Source: Oscillospiraceae bacterium (GTDB lineage Bacteria > Bacillota > Clostridia > Oscillospirales > CAG-272). From it: a stretch of DNA of 64,000 nucleotides. The stretch covers positions 7,134 to 71,133 of the forward strand of contig SVQZ01000009.1 in NCBI GenBank assembly GCA_015065105.1, read 5' to 3'. Shown piece after piece: positions 26,286 through 35,239 of this stretch; position 1 is the stretch's first letter, and every line of letters starts with the position of its first letter. The notes below the pieces were generated by a model. It saw only the letters and a program-made list of their open reading frames with translations. It searched no databases and was not told where the DNA came from. Both the position numbers and the translations under genes were made by a program.

Positions 26286-28318
26286 TGAAAAAACATATTT
26301 TCAATAAGTCCTTATATTTAGATGCATTAAAACAGACAAGAATTTTTGCAATACTTTGCATCACTGTATTCCTGTTTATAAACCTCGCTGTTCCGATAGA
26401 TACAATAATCAATTTCTACGATACCCGCGAAGCCGCAGATTTTGCCAACTTCGCTCCTGTTATGATGGTAGTTCCCTATGCTGTTACTCCCGTTTTATGT
26501 CTTATATGCTTCGGCTTTATGAATAAAAGAAAGTCAGCTGATTTCTATCATTCTATAGCAGATACAAGAACATCTCTTTATTTAAGCCTGTTTTTGGCAG
26601 TTATTACCTGCGTTGCGGGAATCATTGTCATAAGCACGGCACCCTCCCTTTTACTCCATTATTTATACAAAAAGGTATTTATCGTAAACCTTAAAAGCAT
26701 TCTTATAAACCTTTTCGGCATTATGGCTTCGTCCATATACTGCGCCGCTATAGTAACTATAGCAATGAGCTTAACAGGAACTCTGCTTACAAACGTTGCG
26801 GTATCCGCTATACTTCTTTTCTTCCCCGATTTTATAACAACGGTATCTGCAAGCACGCTTTGTGAAGTAATTCCCGTTCTTCCGAATATCGACTACTTCG
26901 GAAAGCTGATGCCCTCCGGCTTCAATATTATAAGTCTGTTATTCTTTGGAAATACTCCCTGGACAGAAATATTCGAAGATATTTCAAGAAGCATCACTAC
27001 CCTTATTCTGTCACTTCCCGCAATACTCATCGCCGTTTGGGTATTCAAAAGAAGAAAGAGCGAAACTGCGGGCTATCCTACCCAAAATAAATATCTGCAG
27101 GCAGCATTCCGTATAATCTGTTCGTTTATTGTTTCCTTCTTTGCAACCATACTTGTTTTTGACGGAATATTGTCAGGGGAAAACTATATAGAAAGAATAT
27201 ATTATATAGTCCTTATCTATATTGCATCACTCCTTATATATTTCATCTGTGAGCTTATCACCACAAAGAAGCTTAAAAACCTTGTTCGTATCATTCCGGG
27301 CTTCACCGTTGTTATTCTGTTAAACGTATTATTCATAGCTACTCTCTTCGGTGCATATAATATCTGTCTTTCCTTCACTCCCAAAGCAAACGAGATAGAA
27401 TACGTTCGCTTTATAAGCGGTAATACAAGCGAGGATCTTTCGGGATATTATATCAGGAAAAACGAGGATATAAAGCTTACCGATAAGGACGTAAAGAAGC
27501 TTATATCCGAATCACTCAGAGATGACGTTGAAAAAACAAAAGCAGACACCTATTACAGAGACAGCGCTTCCCCCGACACCTATTATTCAATGAAACGCGT
27601 AATGATCTGTGTAAACGGCAGAGAACGTATAAGAGAAATAAGGTTGAGCGAAGAAGAACACAGCTTCTTATCCGAAAAGCTTAAGCAAAACCCAAAATAC
27701 CAAAGCTCTTATAATTCCCTTCCCCCTTTGGGAAAGGGTACGGATATCCTCTATTACGGTGAATATCTTACTACCGACGATGCAAGACGTATTTATGATA
27801 TCATGAGAAAAGAGGTAGCCTCCATTGATTTTGAAACCTGGTATTCAATGGTCGAAGGGTACGGCGGAAGAAATATCGGAGAAGGATTCTGGCTCTCAAC
27901 CGTTGTTGATATGGAGTCTGTAGAGATATACGTCCCCATCTATCTTGAATTAAAGGAGAGCGCTGAGGAATATTTCAAGATAGTATCAACAAAAGATAAT
28001 AAAAAGGATATACTTTCCGCCATAGATAAGCCCGAAACAGTTGAATATCTCCGCGCAGAAATTTATACGGGGGACAGCACGTATTACCTTGATTTTGATC
28101 CAAATCTTTCAAATGAGAGCGAAGAGGAAATGCTTGATTTTCTTTCGGGTCTTTCTGAGGAAGAAAAACTCAACACTGACAAGCCGGTACTTGCGGTATA
28201 TGCAGATTTCTTCATCGATGATGAATACGGCGGATATTGGAATTCGGTAAAAGCGTATTTCAATTATACGGGAGATCTCGAAAAGCTTATTACCGAAGCA
28301 GGTTATGCATATGAATAA
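26285..28318 (+). CDS. ABC-2-type multi-pass membrane protein with a large C-terminal soluble domain
   Basis: About 10 hydrophobic helices in the first 370 aa, then about 300 aa with no family I recognise. Third gene of the YtrA-like module. Confidence 0.65.
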   Translation: MKKHIFNKSLYLDALKQTRIFAILCITVFLFINLAVPIDTIINFYDTREAADFANFAPVMMVVPYAVTPVLCLICFGFMNKRKSADFYHSIADTRTSLYLSLFLAVITCVAGIIVISTAPSLLLHYLYKKVFIVNLKSILINLFGIMASSIYCAAIVTIAMSLTGTLLTNVAVSAILLFFPDFITTVSASTLCEVIPVLPNIDYFGKLMPSGFNIISLLFFGNTPWTEIFEDISRSITTLILSLPAILIAVWVFKRRKSETAGYPTQNKYLQAAFRIICSFIVSFFATILVFDGILSGENYIERIYYIVLIYIASLLIYFICELITTKKLKNLVRIIPGFTVVILLNVLFIATLFGAYNICLSFTPKANEIEYVRFISGNTSEDLSGYYIRKNEDIKLTDKDVKKLISESLRDDVEKTKADTYYRDSASPDTYYSMKRVMICVNGRERIREIRLSEEEHSFLSEKLKQNPKYQSSYNSLPPLGKGTDILYYGEYLTTDDARRIYDIMRKEVASIDFETWYSMVEGYGGRNIGEGFWLSTVVDMESVEIYVPIYLELKESAEEYFKIVSTKDNKKDILSAIDKPETVEYLRAEIYTGDSTYYLDFDPNLSNESEEEMLDFLSGLSEEEKLNTDKPVLAVYADFFIDDEYGGYWNSVKAYFNYTGDLEKLITEAGYAYE

Positions 28319-28406
28319 GCGGCAAGTTGCCGCACCCAATTCCGCCCCAACAATTAGTGATCAACCGATTCTTCAATCTCACGAGGTGGAGCATTTCCTA
28401 TAAATT
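28314..28406 (-). repeat. Copy B1 of the intergenic element (candidate small RNA)
   Basis: Reverse complement matches 11183-11278 with 6 substitutions and 1 indel. Hairpin gcggca/tgccgc (28319-28333) starts 1 nt after the stop of CDS 26285..28318. Box at 28393-28403. Confidence 0.7.
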
Positions 28407-28503
28407 AAAAAACGGGCGCCGGCCCGCACCGATGATCGGGTGTGAACCTTTCATAAGCTTGTTTCTTCAGCACCCGAAATGGAACAATTTCCCATAAATT
28501 AAA
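28407..28503 (-). repeat. Copy B2 of the intergenic element, in tandem with B1
   Basis: On the minus strand: box TTATGGGAAATTGTTCCA (plus 28480-28497), 7-bp stem tcgggtg/cacccga (28436-28442 with 28471-28477) enclosing GAAGAA, and hairpin cgggc/gcccg (28413-28426) followed by T6. Confidence 0.6.
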
Positions 28504-28506
28504 TAA

Positions 28507-28530
28507 ATATCCACCCATTCGGGTGGATAT
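28507..28530. terminator. Bidirectional terminator after the Nudix gene
   Basis: 10-bp perfect stem atatccaccc/gggtggatat, flanked by AAATAA and TTATTT. Confidence 0.7.
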
Positions 28531-29067
28531 TTATTTATTCAGCAGTATATATGCCTTTAAAATACAAAGCTGGGTTTTTGCATCGGCAAACTCATTGTTC
28601 ATTACCCTTTGGTATGCTTCCTCAAGAGGCATTGTAAACACCTCAAGAAATTCATCCTCATCAAGGTGTGCATCACCTTTGGTAAGCTCGGTAGCAAGGT
28701 ACATTGTAACCCTTTCCTCCAAAAGTGCAGGGGAACCTATGTAATCGCCTATATACTCCATTTTACCGGGAATATACCCTGTTTCCTCGTAAAGCTCCCT
28801 CTTTGCCGCTTCAAGAGGATCCTCGCCTATTTCAAGCTTTCCCGCAGGAATTTCGGTAACCACTCTGCCGATAGGATATCTGTACTGTCTTTCAAGCACG
28901 ATCTCCCCCTCATCTGTTACAGGGATAACGCATACAGCACCGTTATGCTTTATATACTCCCTCGTTGACTTGTTTCCGTTAGGAAGCTCTATCGTGTCAC
29001 GGCGAACGTGCAGAACAACACCGTCAAATATTTTTTCTTCAGATAATTTCTTTTCAGTAAGGTCCAT
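28531..29067 (-). CDS. NUDIX hydrolase (ADP-ribose pyrophosphatase-like)
   Basis: Nudix box GKLEIGEDPLEAAKRELYEETGY. Confidence 0.85.
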   Translation of the reverse strand: MDLTEKKLSEEKIFDGVVLHVRRDTIELPNGNKSTREYIKHNGAVCVIPVTDEGEIVLERQYRYPIGRVVTEIPAGKLEIGEDPLEAAKRELYEETGYIPGKMEYIGDYIGSPALLEERVTMYLATELTKGDAHLDEDEFLEVFTMPLEEAYQRVMNNEFADAKTQLCILKAYILLNK

Positions 29068-29935
29068 TATTCTCTCCGTTAATTATATTCTTTATATTTT
29101 TTCTTGAAATATTGAGTCCTATTATATTTATTCCGTTTTCAGCACTTTCAGGATATATCTCATATCTTCCCTTCACGCAGTTTACAAGATATTCTCCCCA
29201 TATTCCCTTTATTCTTAACACCTCGCCGCATTCAAATGAATTAAATATCCTGTCAATACGGCGCTTTATTTCATCGGCGCTGCAGAAAGGAGGCTTTATA
29301 AGGGTACTTAAATACCTTGCAGAATGGGTGGTTTCAGATCCGAGAGAATTAAAGCCGTGACCGGCTTTATATATCGAATCCATATCGCCGTATTTACACA
29401 CGTCAAACCCGCCCAACGTCAATTTTTCGTCCGCTTTTTTGATATATTCTTCAAGTTCAGCATCGGTCTGCATATCGTTCATTGAGAATACTACCGCGCC
29501 AGAAGCGAATATCTGTTTTTGAAGCATAGATTCAGAAAAACCATCAAGACCGTCAAGCGAAAAAGGATCAACAACACATATAACGTTACCGATATGACAC
29601 TTGCCTTTAAGCTCGGGAGAAGCCATGACCGAATAGAACTGCGAAATATCGTAAACACCCGAGGGCTCTACTATTATACGGTCGAAATGCTCTGATAATT
29701 CAAGAAGCATATCATGAAAGCCCACCTTCAGGGTACAGCATATACAACCGCCGAAAAGCTCGTCTGTATGAATACCTTCGGCTGCCAATATCCTTGAATC
29801 TATACCCTTATTACCGTATTCGTTCTCAATTACCGCAAAGCTCTCTCCTATTCTGCGGAGATACTCTGCATATTTTCTTATAAAAGTAGTCTTACCGGCT
29901 CCAAGGAAGCCGGTAATAAGATCAATATTTGCCAT
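29054..29935 (-). CDS. COG0523 (CobW/ZigA-like) G3E-family GTPase
   Basis: P-loop GFLGAGKTT and the metal-binding GGCICCT motif. 14-nt overlaps with both neighbouring genes. Confidence 0.85.
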   Translation of the reverse strand: MANIDLITGFLGAGKTTFIRKYAEYLRRIGESFAVIENEYGNKGIDSRILAAEGIHTDELFGGCICCTLKVGFHDMLLELSEHFDRIIVEPSGVYDISQFYSVMASPELKGKCHIGNVICVVDPFSLDGLDGFSESMLQKQIFASGAVVFSMNDMQTDAELEEYIKKADEKLTLGGFDVCKYGDMDSIYKAGHGFNSLGSETTHSARYLSTLIKPPFCSADEIKRRIDRIFNSFECGEVLRIKGIWGEYLVNCVKGRYEIYPESAENGINIIGLNISRKNIKNIINGENNGPY

Positions 29936-30959
29936 AGGTCTTTGCTAATTCAACCATTATCTTTGCGCGGTCAAAGCTTGCGTTTGCAGGATATTCGCAG
30001 CCTGTTGCAAGCACAAATCCGCCATCCTTCTTGAAATAGTCGATATTATCCTTACATTCCTTTATCCATTCTTCATCGGTACCGATAGCGGCAGAGGCAG
30101 GTGTAACACAGCCGATAAGAGTGAGCTTATCACCGTACTTTGACTTACATTCCTCAAAGCTTTCACAGCCCTTGGGAGGATAGAGGAAGGAGATAGCACA
30201 AGGATCCATCATCTCGATCTGCTCGTCAAAATAGATATCCTTACCGCAGTTATGGATCATAACAGCAACACCCTTTTCATGAAGCATATCACAGATCTCC
30301 TTGATATACTCACCCTCAAATTCAAGCCACATTGCGGGAGACATGATAGAGCCTGAGGCAAAAAGGGTATCGAACATGACAGCATCAACCCCTGTATCCG
30401 CAATTGCGGCACAGTATTCCTTCAGGGTAGCGGTAACGTTTGCAACAGCATCCTTAACTGCGTCGGGATCGTCATAGAGATCCATATACATTTCCTGCTG
30501 GCTTCTCATCATTGAAAGTACGCCTAAAGGACCGAATACGAAGGCAATAACGGGAACCTCGCCCTTTTTAGCCGCAACAAGCTTCTTGCATACGTCGATA
30601 TGCATCATCATACGCTTTGAATTGCGGTAATCAACCTTTTCAATCTTGGAATATTCATCGATATCATCTATAATAAGATTATTGTAATCGGGGTGTGCTG
30701 CCTCGTTTTCAGGGAAAACAAGCTTCTGTCCCCATGCATCACATTCAACCGAGAGATCGATAAGAGTACAGATACAGTCGAGATCGTATTCATCGGTTGC
30801 CTTCAATAAAGAATTTGCACAAACGTCCGCATTGGTTGACCATTCCTCGTAGCTTGCGCCCACAAGATTTCTCGTTACTCCGCTTAAAATGGGATAAACA
30901 GGCACATAATCCGGTTCCTTATGCGACATTGCTGTCATTACCCTCTCAAAATGTGTCAT
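29922..30959 (-). CDS. URO-D family methyltransferase (MtaA/MtbA-like)
   Basis: MTHFERVMTAMSHKEPDYVPVYP...; GGAGGTG lies 6 nt upstream of ATG 30959, and the listed start at 31004 lacks an SD. MtaA-like overall pattern. Confidence 0.7.
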   Translation of the reverse strand: MTHFERVMTAMSHKEPDYVPVYPILSGVTRNLVGASYEEWSTNADVCANSLLKATDEYDLDCICTLIDLSVECDAWGQKLVFPENEAAHPDYNNLIIDDIDEYSKIEKVDYRNSKRMMMHIDVCKKLVAAKKGEVPVIAFVFGPLGVLSMMRSQQEMYMDLYDDPDAVKDAVANVTATLKEYCAAIADTGVDAVMFDTLFASGSIMSPAMWLEFEGEYIKEICDMLHEKGVAVMIHNCGKDIYFDEQIEMMDPCAISFLYPPKGCESFEECKSKYGDKLTLIGCVTPASAAIGTDEEWIKECKDNIDYFKKDGGFVLATGCEYPANASFDRAKIMVELAKTYGKY

Positions 30960-31095
30960 TCTGACACCTCCGTTTAAATAATCTGATATATAAAGCAATA
31001 GCACAACAGGTAAAATTATTACTCATCGATACCATAAGATTGATATTTACCGTAAGAATTATATCTGTCGTGCTGCTGTTATGTAACCATTAAAT

Positions 31096-31124
31096 ATTAT
31101 ACTCTAAACCCTTGATTTTGTAAA
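31096..31124 (-). promoter_or_regulatory. Promoter of the MtaA-like/COG0523/Nudix operon
   Basis: On the minus strand: TTTACA, 17 nt, TATAAT. This leaves a leader of about 130 nt. Confidence 0.55.
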
Positions 31125-31309
31125 GTGATTTTATATTGATTTTTTCAACAAAAAAAACTCCTAAAATTCTACATATTTGTAAAATCAGTTTATATAGTCA
31201 AAAATCTTTAAAATTACTCTTGACAGGGACGATTTGTTAATATTTATATATTGAATACTTAATAAAAATCTGTTATCATATTTTATATATATTTATAAGG
31301 AGTATATTT

Positions 31310-33283
31310 ATGAAAAAAAGATATTTTACACTTCTGTGTTGTATCTTATTGCCTGTAATATACGAGCTTTTATTAAGACTCTTTACCATAGGAAGTATTA
31401 ATTTCAGATTTATATACATAATTCTATTCTCGGTTCCTGCCGGAGGATTCATATTCATTTTCACTATGGCTTTCGGCAAAAGGGCAAATAAGATCGTTTT
31501 TAACGTAATAAACGGAATTATGACCGCCTATTTTATAGCCCAATTAGTATATTTCGTTATATTCAAAGCATTTTTCAGCATTTCGCAGGTCGCAATGGGC
31601 GGTGAAGCTATCATGACCTTTACCGATCAGACCCTCCATGCACTCTTTGAAGCGGCCATACCCATAGCTATATATATCGCGGTATTCGTTACCGTAATAA
31701 TATTTACCAAAAAGGAAAAGCTTGATTTTTCAAAGGTTGACGTCAAGGAGGTACTAAAGACCTCTGTTGCGGTTCTTGTAACCCATCTGCTCTGCCTTTC
31801 CGTATTGCTTATCGGCGGTACAGGAAGCTATTCCATATATGATACATATCATTCAAACGATACAAAAACAAAGAACAGCGTTCCTAATTTAGGTGTTCTG
31901 GTTACTACAAGACTTGAGCTTCAGCATCTTATTTTTGCACCCTTATATGAGGATTCACCTATTGACGTAACAGCAAAAATCGATTATCCCGAATATTCTC
32001 CGAAGGAGTATAACGTATCCGACGTAGATTTCAATGAGATAGTCAAAAAATCAAACAATGACGAAAACGTTGCGGCTCTTGCTTCTCTTCTCGCAAACCG
32101 CGAGCCCACCAAAAAGAATGAATATACCGGATTTTTTGAAGGTAAGAACCTTATAACCATATGTGCCGAATCCTTCTCTCCCTATCTTATCGACGAGGAA
32201 AGGACCCCCGCTCTTTACAGACTCTCAAAAGGCGGTCTTATATTCAATAATTTCTATAATTCCTACGATGCTGTTACCACTAACGGAGAGTACACCTTCT
32301 GTATGGGTAACTTCCCCGATCTTTCCCGTTCTAAAAAGGATAACAGCTTTATAGAATCGGCAGATAACGCCCTTCCCTATTCTCTTGCCAATCAATTCAA
32401 TTCGGTAAATGCAAAAACCTATGCATACCATAACTTCAATGCTACCTATTACTCAAGATACCTCACCCATCCCAATATGGGCTATAAGGTATTCAAAACC
32501 CCCGATAACGGTCTTGACATAGCACCCACCTGGCCCTCCTCCGATTACGATATGATGCTTAAGAGCGTTGACGACTATATCTATTCGGGAAGCCGCTTCC
32601 ATGCCTACTATATGACCTTCAGCGGTCATTACCAATATAATTGGGAAAACTATATGGATGCAAAAAACAAGAGCCTTGTAAAGGATATAGAATGCTCTGA
32701 GGCGGTACAGTGCTATATAGCGGGAAATATGGAGCTTGAATTTGCTCTTCAGTACCTCCTTGAAAGACTTGAGGAGGCCGGGATCGCAGACGATACTGTA
32801 ATAGTTCTCACTACCGACCATTATCCCTACGGACTTCTTGATAAGGAATATGAAGAGCTGGCTTCACTTTCGGGTCACACCGAGGAGATAGACAAGGATT
32901 TTGAAATGTACAGAAGCAGCTTTATCTGCTGGAGCGGAGATATGGAAGGAGAGGACGCAATAGAGATAGACGACTATTGCTCTACAATAGATATTCTCCC
33001 CACCCTTCTTAATCTTTTCGGTTTTGAATATGATTCCCGTCTTATTATGGGAAGAGATATATTAAGTGACAGTGAGCCTATAGCAATAATTTCAAACGAC
33101 AACTTCATCTGTGAGGACTACCGCTTTAACGCAACGGACAACGAACTCGTTATCACCAATGAAACGGTGAAGGTAACAGAGGAAGAGATCAATTTGAAAA
33201 AGCAGTACGTCAAGGACGTAATGACCGCATCCACCGCAATATTAAATACTGATTTTTATAAATATCTGCCTCAGGAGGAATAA
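31310..33283 (+). CDS. LTA-synthase-family / sulfatase-superfamily membrane protein
   Basis: Five N-terminal TM helices, then an alkaline-phosphatase-superfamily domain (NLITICAESFSP, TTDHYPYG). Confidence 0.75.
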   Translation: MKKRYFTLLCCILLPVIYELLLRLFTIGSINFRFIYIILFSVPAGGFIFIFTMAFGKRANKIVFNVINGIMTAYFIAQLVYFVIFKAFFSISQVAMGGEAIMTFTDQTLHALFEAAIPIAIYIAVFVTVIIFTKKEKLDFSKVDVKEVLKTSVAVLVTHLLCLSVLLIGGTGSYSIYDTYHSNDTKTKNSVPNLGVLVTTRLELQHLIFAPLYEDSPIDVTAKIDYPEYSPKEYNVSDVDFNEIVKKSNNDENVAALASLLANREPTKKNEYTGFFEGKNLITICAESFSPYLIDEERTPALYRLSKGGLIFNNFYNSYDAVTTNGEYTFCMGNFPDLSRSKKDNSFIESADNALPYSLANQFNSVNAKTYAYHNFNATYYSRYLTHPNMGYKVFKTPDNGLDIAPTWPSSDYDMMLKSVDDYIYSGSRFHAYYMTFSGHYQYNWENYMDAKNKSLVKDIECSEAVQCYIAGNMELEFALQYLLERLEEAGIADDTVIVLTTDHYPYGLLDKEYEELASLSGHTEEIDKDFEMYRSSFICWSGDMEGEDAIEIDDYCSTIDILPTLLNLFGFEYDSRLIMGRDILSDSEPIAIISNDNFICEDYRFNATDNELVITNETVKVTEEEINLKKQYVKDVMTASTAILNTDFYKYLPQEE

Positions 33284-33286
33284 CAA

Positions 33287-34120
33287 ATGGAAAAGAATTG
33301 CTTTCTTTTAGACGGTGCAATGGGCACAAGCCTTTGGGCAAAGGCTGAAAAACAGCTCCCTGTATGGAGATACAATACCGAATGTCCCGAAATAGTTTCA
33401 GAGCTTCACCGCGAATATATCGAGGCGGGTTCTGATTACATTTTCACCAACACCTTCAGTGCAAACAGAGATAACGTTGCAAAAAGCGGATACAGCGTTG
33501 CAGAGGTCGTAAAAAAGGGTGTTGAGCTTGCAAAGAAGGCGGCAGAAGGCACCAACACCAAGGTCGTTCTTGATATCGGCCCTCTTTCCGAGCTTTTAGA
33601 GCCCTACGGTGACCTTGAAGAAGAGGATGCCATCGAGATATATGAGGAGCAGATAGGCGCAGGCGCCGAAATGGAACCCGATGTTATTCTCTTTGAAACC
33701 TTTATGGACAAAGAAATGCTCAGAATCGCAGTTTCTGTTGCAGAAAGGTATAACGTTCCGATATGGTGCTCCATGAGCTTTGACCAGCATGGAAGAACAA
33801 TGATGGGTAATTCTGTTAAGGATATGATCGATACCTTATCAGAGTTTAAGGTAGAGGCTGTCGGTCTCAACTGCTCTCTGGGTCCCGACCTTGCAGTTCC
33901 GGTTATCGCACAGTTCAAGGAATACACAGACCTTCCTCTTATATTCAAGCCCAACGCAGGAAAGAACACCATCAAGGACGGTAAGGTAATTACAGAATTC
34001 AGCGTTGAGACCTTTGTGGAGGATGCAGTCGCTTCTCTCGAACACGGTGTAAAGTACCTCGGCGGCTGTTGCGGCTCTTCCCCCGAATATATCAAGGCAA
34101 TGAAGGAAAAGCTGAACTGA
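33287..34120 (+). CDS. Homocysteine S-methyltransferase domain protein
   Basis: LLDGAMGT, FTNTFSAN, GLNCSLGP and GGCCGSSPEYI (zinc-binding Cys motifs). Confidence 0.85.
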   Translation: MEKNCFLLDGAMGTSLWAKAEKQLPVWRYNTECPEIVSELHREYIEAGSDYIFTNTFSANRDNVAKSGYSVAEVVKKGVELAKKAAEGTNTKVVLDIGPLSELLEPYGDLEEEDAIEIYEEQIGAGAEMEPDVILFETFMDKEMLRIAVSVAERYNVPIWCSMSFDQHGRTMMGNSVKDMIDTLSEFKVEAVGLNCSLGPDLAVPVIAQFKEYTDLPLIFKPNAGKNTIKDGKVITEFSVETFVEDAVASLEHGVKYLGGCCGSSPEYIKAMKEKLN

Positions 34121-34124
34121 TATC

Positions 34125-34212
34125 CCGTGAGCAGAGCTTCTGCGGATGATCTGCCATGAAGTATTGAAAAGCACCTCGATTTTTATATACTGTACGAAGT
34201 AATTTCCTATAA
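34125..34212 (-). repeat. Copy D of the intergenic element family (box conserved, body diverged)
   Basis: On the minus strand: terminator, then TTATAGGAAATT (plus 34201-34212), about 60 nt, then hairpin gcaga/tctgc (34131-34143) 10 nt from the stop of CDS 33287..34120. Confidence 0.45.
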
Positions 34213-34246
34213 TAAAAGAGAACGTTGGATAAACGTTCTCTTTTTA
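34213..34246. terminator. Bidirectional terminator
   Basis: 10-bp stem agagaacgtt/aacgttctct, flanked by AAAA and TTTT. Confidence 0.75.
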
Positions 34247-34255
34247 TTATAGTAT

Positions 34256-35239
34256 TTAGCGTTCTTCTCTGAAATAAGGTAAGCCGAGGCTTTCGGGAGG
34301 CTGAAGCTCGCGCTTTTTACGCATACTTGAAATTGTAAGAACCAAAACGGTTACAATATAGGGGAAAAGCTTGAACAACTGCTGTGTAAGAGGGGGGATT
34401 GTTGTTATACTGTTTGAAAGAGCATAAAGTGCACCGAAGGTAGCCGAGCCGATAATACCAAGCACAGGCTTCCATACAACGAATATAACAATGGCAACCG
34501 AAAGCCAACCGAAAGGAAGAATGGCATTCTTGTTCCAACCGCCGTCGGAATACTGCATAAGGAAGTAAAGTCCGCCAAGACCCGAGATCATACCGCCGAT
34601 ACAGGTAGCTAAATATCTGTACTTTGTAACGTTAATACCTGCGGAGTCTGCAGTTGCGGGATTTTCACCAACTGAACGGAGATTAAGTCCGGTACGTGTC
34701 TTTCTGATAACAAAAGCAAGTACGAATACAATAACCAGGCTAAGATAGGTCATAAAGCCCGAAGCAAGGAATGCATCACCGAAGAAGCCGAGCTTGTTTG
34801 CAAAAGGAAGAGTTACCTTATAGTAATCCGCAATTTCGGGGAATGCCATGATACCGCTTTCCGCCTTACTGTTAACCCACGCACCGATAAAGTTACTTAA
34901 GCCTGTACCGAAGGTCGTAACCGCAAGACCCGTAACGTTCTGATTAGCCTTTAAGGATATTGTGAGAAAGGCATATATAAGAGTTACCAAAAGAGAACCT
35001 ATAAGCGTTGCGAGAAGAGTAAGGAATATTGCAGTAAAAGCATTGAGACGAATCGTTCCCTTTGCCGCCATATCGCGAAGGAAATAGCCGCATAACACGC
35101 TGAAGGATCCGCCAACGCACATAATACCGGGGGTTCCGAGATTAAGATTACCCGATTTTTCGGTAAGAAGTTCACCGGTTGAACCGTATATCAATACTGT
35201 AAAATAACCGATTACTGCATTTATAAAGGATACTATCAT
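34256..35239 (-). CDS. ABC transporter permease (BMP/nucleoside-type, YufQ-like)
   Basis: Multi-pass membrane protein. Last gene of a BMP-family importer operon. Confidence 0.85.
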   Translation of the reverse strand: MIVSFINAVIGYFTVLIYGSTGELLTEKSGNLNLGTPGIMCVGGSFSVLCGYFLRDMAAKGTIRLNAFTAIFLTLLATLIGSLLVTLIYAFLTISLKANQNVTGLAVTTFGTGLSNFIGAWVNSKAESGIMAFPEIADYYKVTLPFANKLGFFGDAFLASGFMTYLSLVIVFVLAFVIRKTRTGLNLRSVGENPATADSAGINVTKYRYLATCIGGMISGLGGLYFLMQYSDGGWNKNAILPFGWLSVAIVIFVVWKPVLGIIGSATFGALYALSNSITTIPPLTQQLFKLFPYIVTVLVLTISSMRKKRELQPPESLGLPYFREER

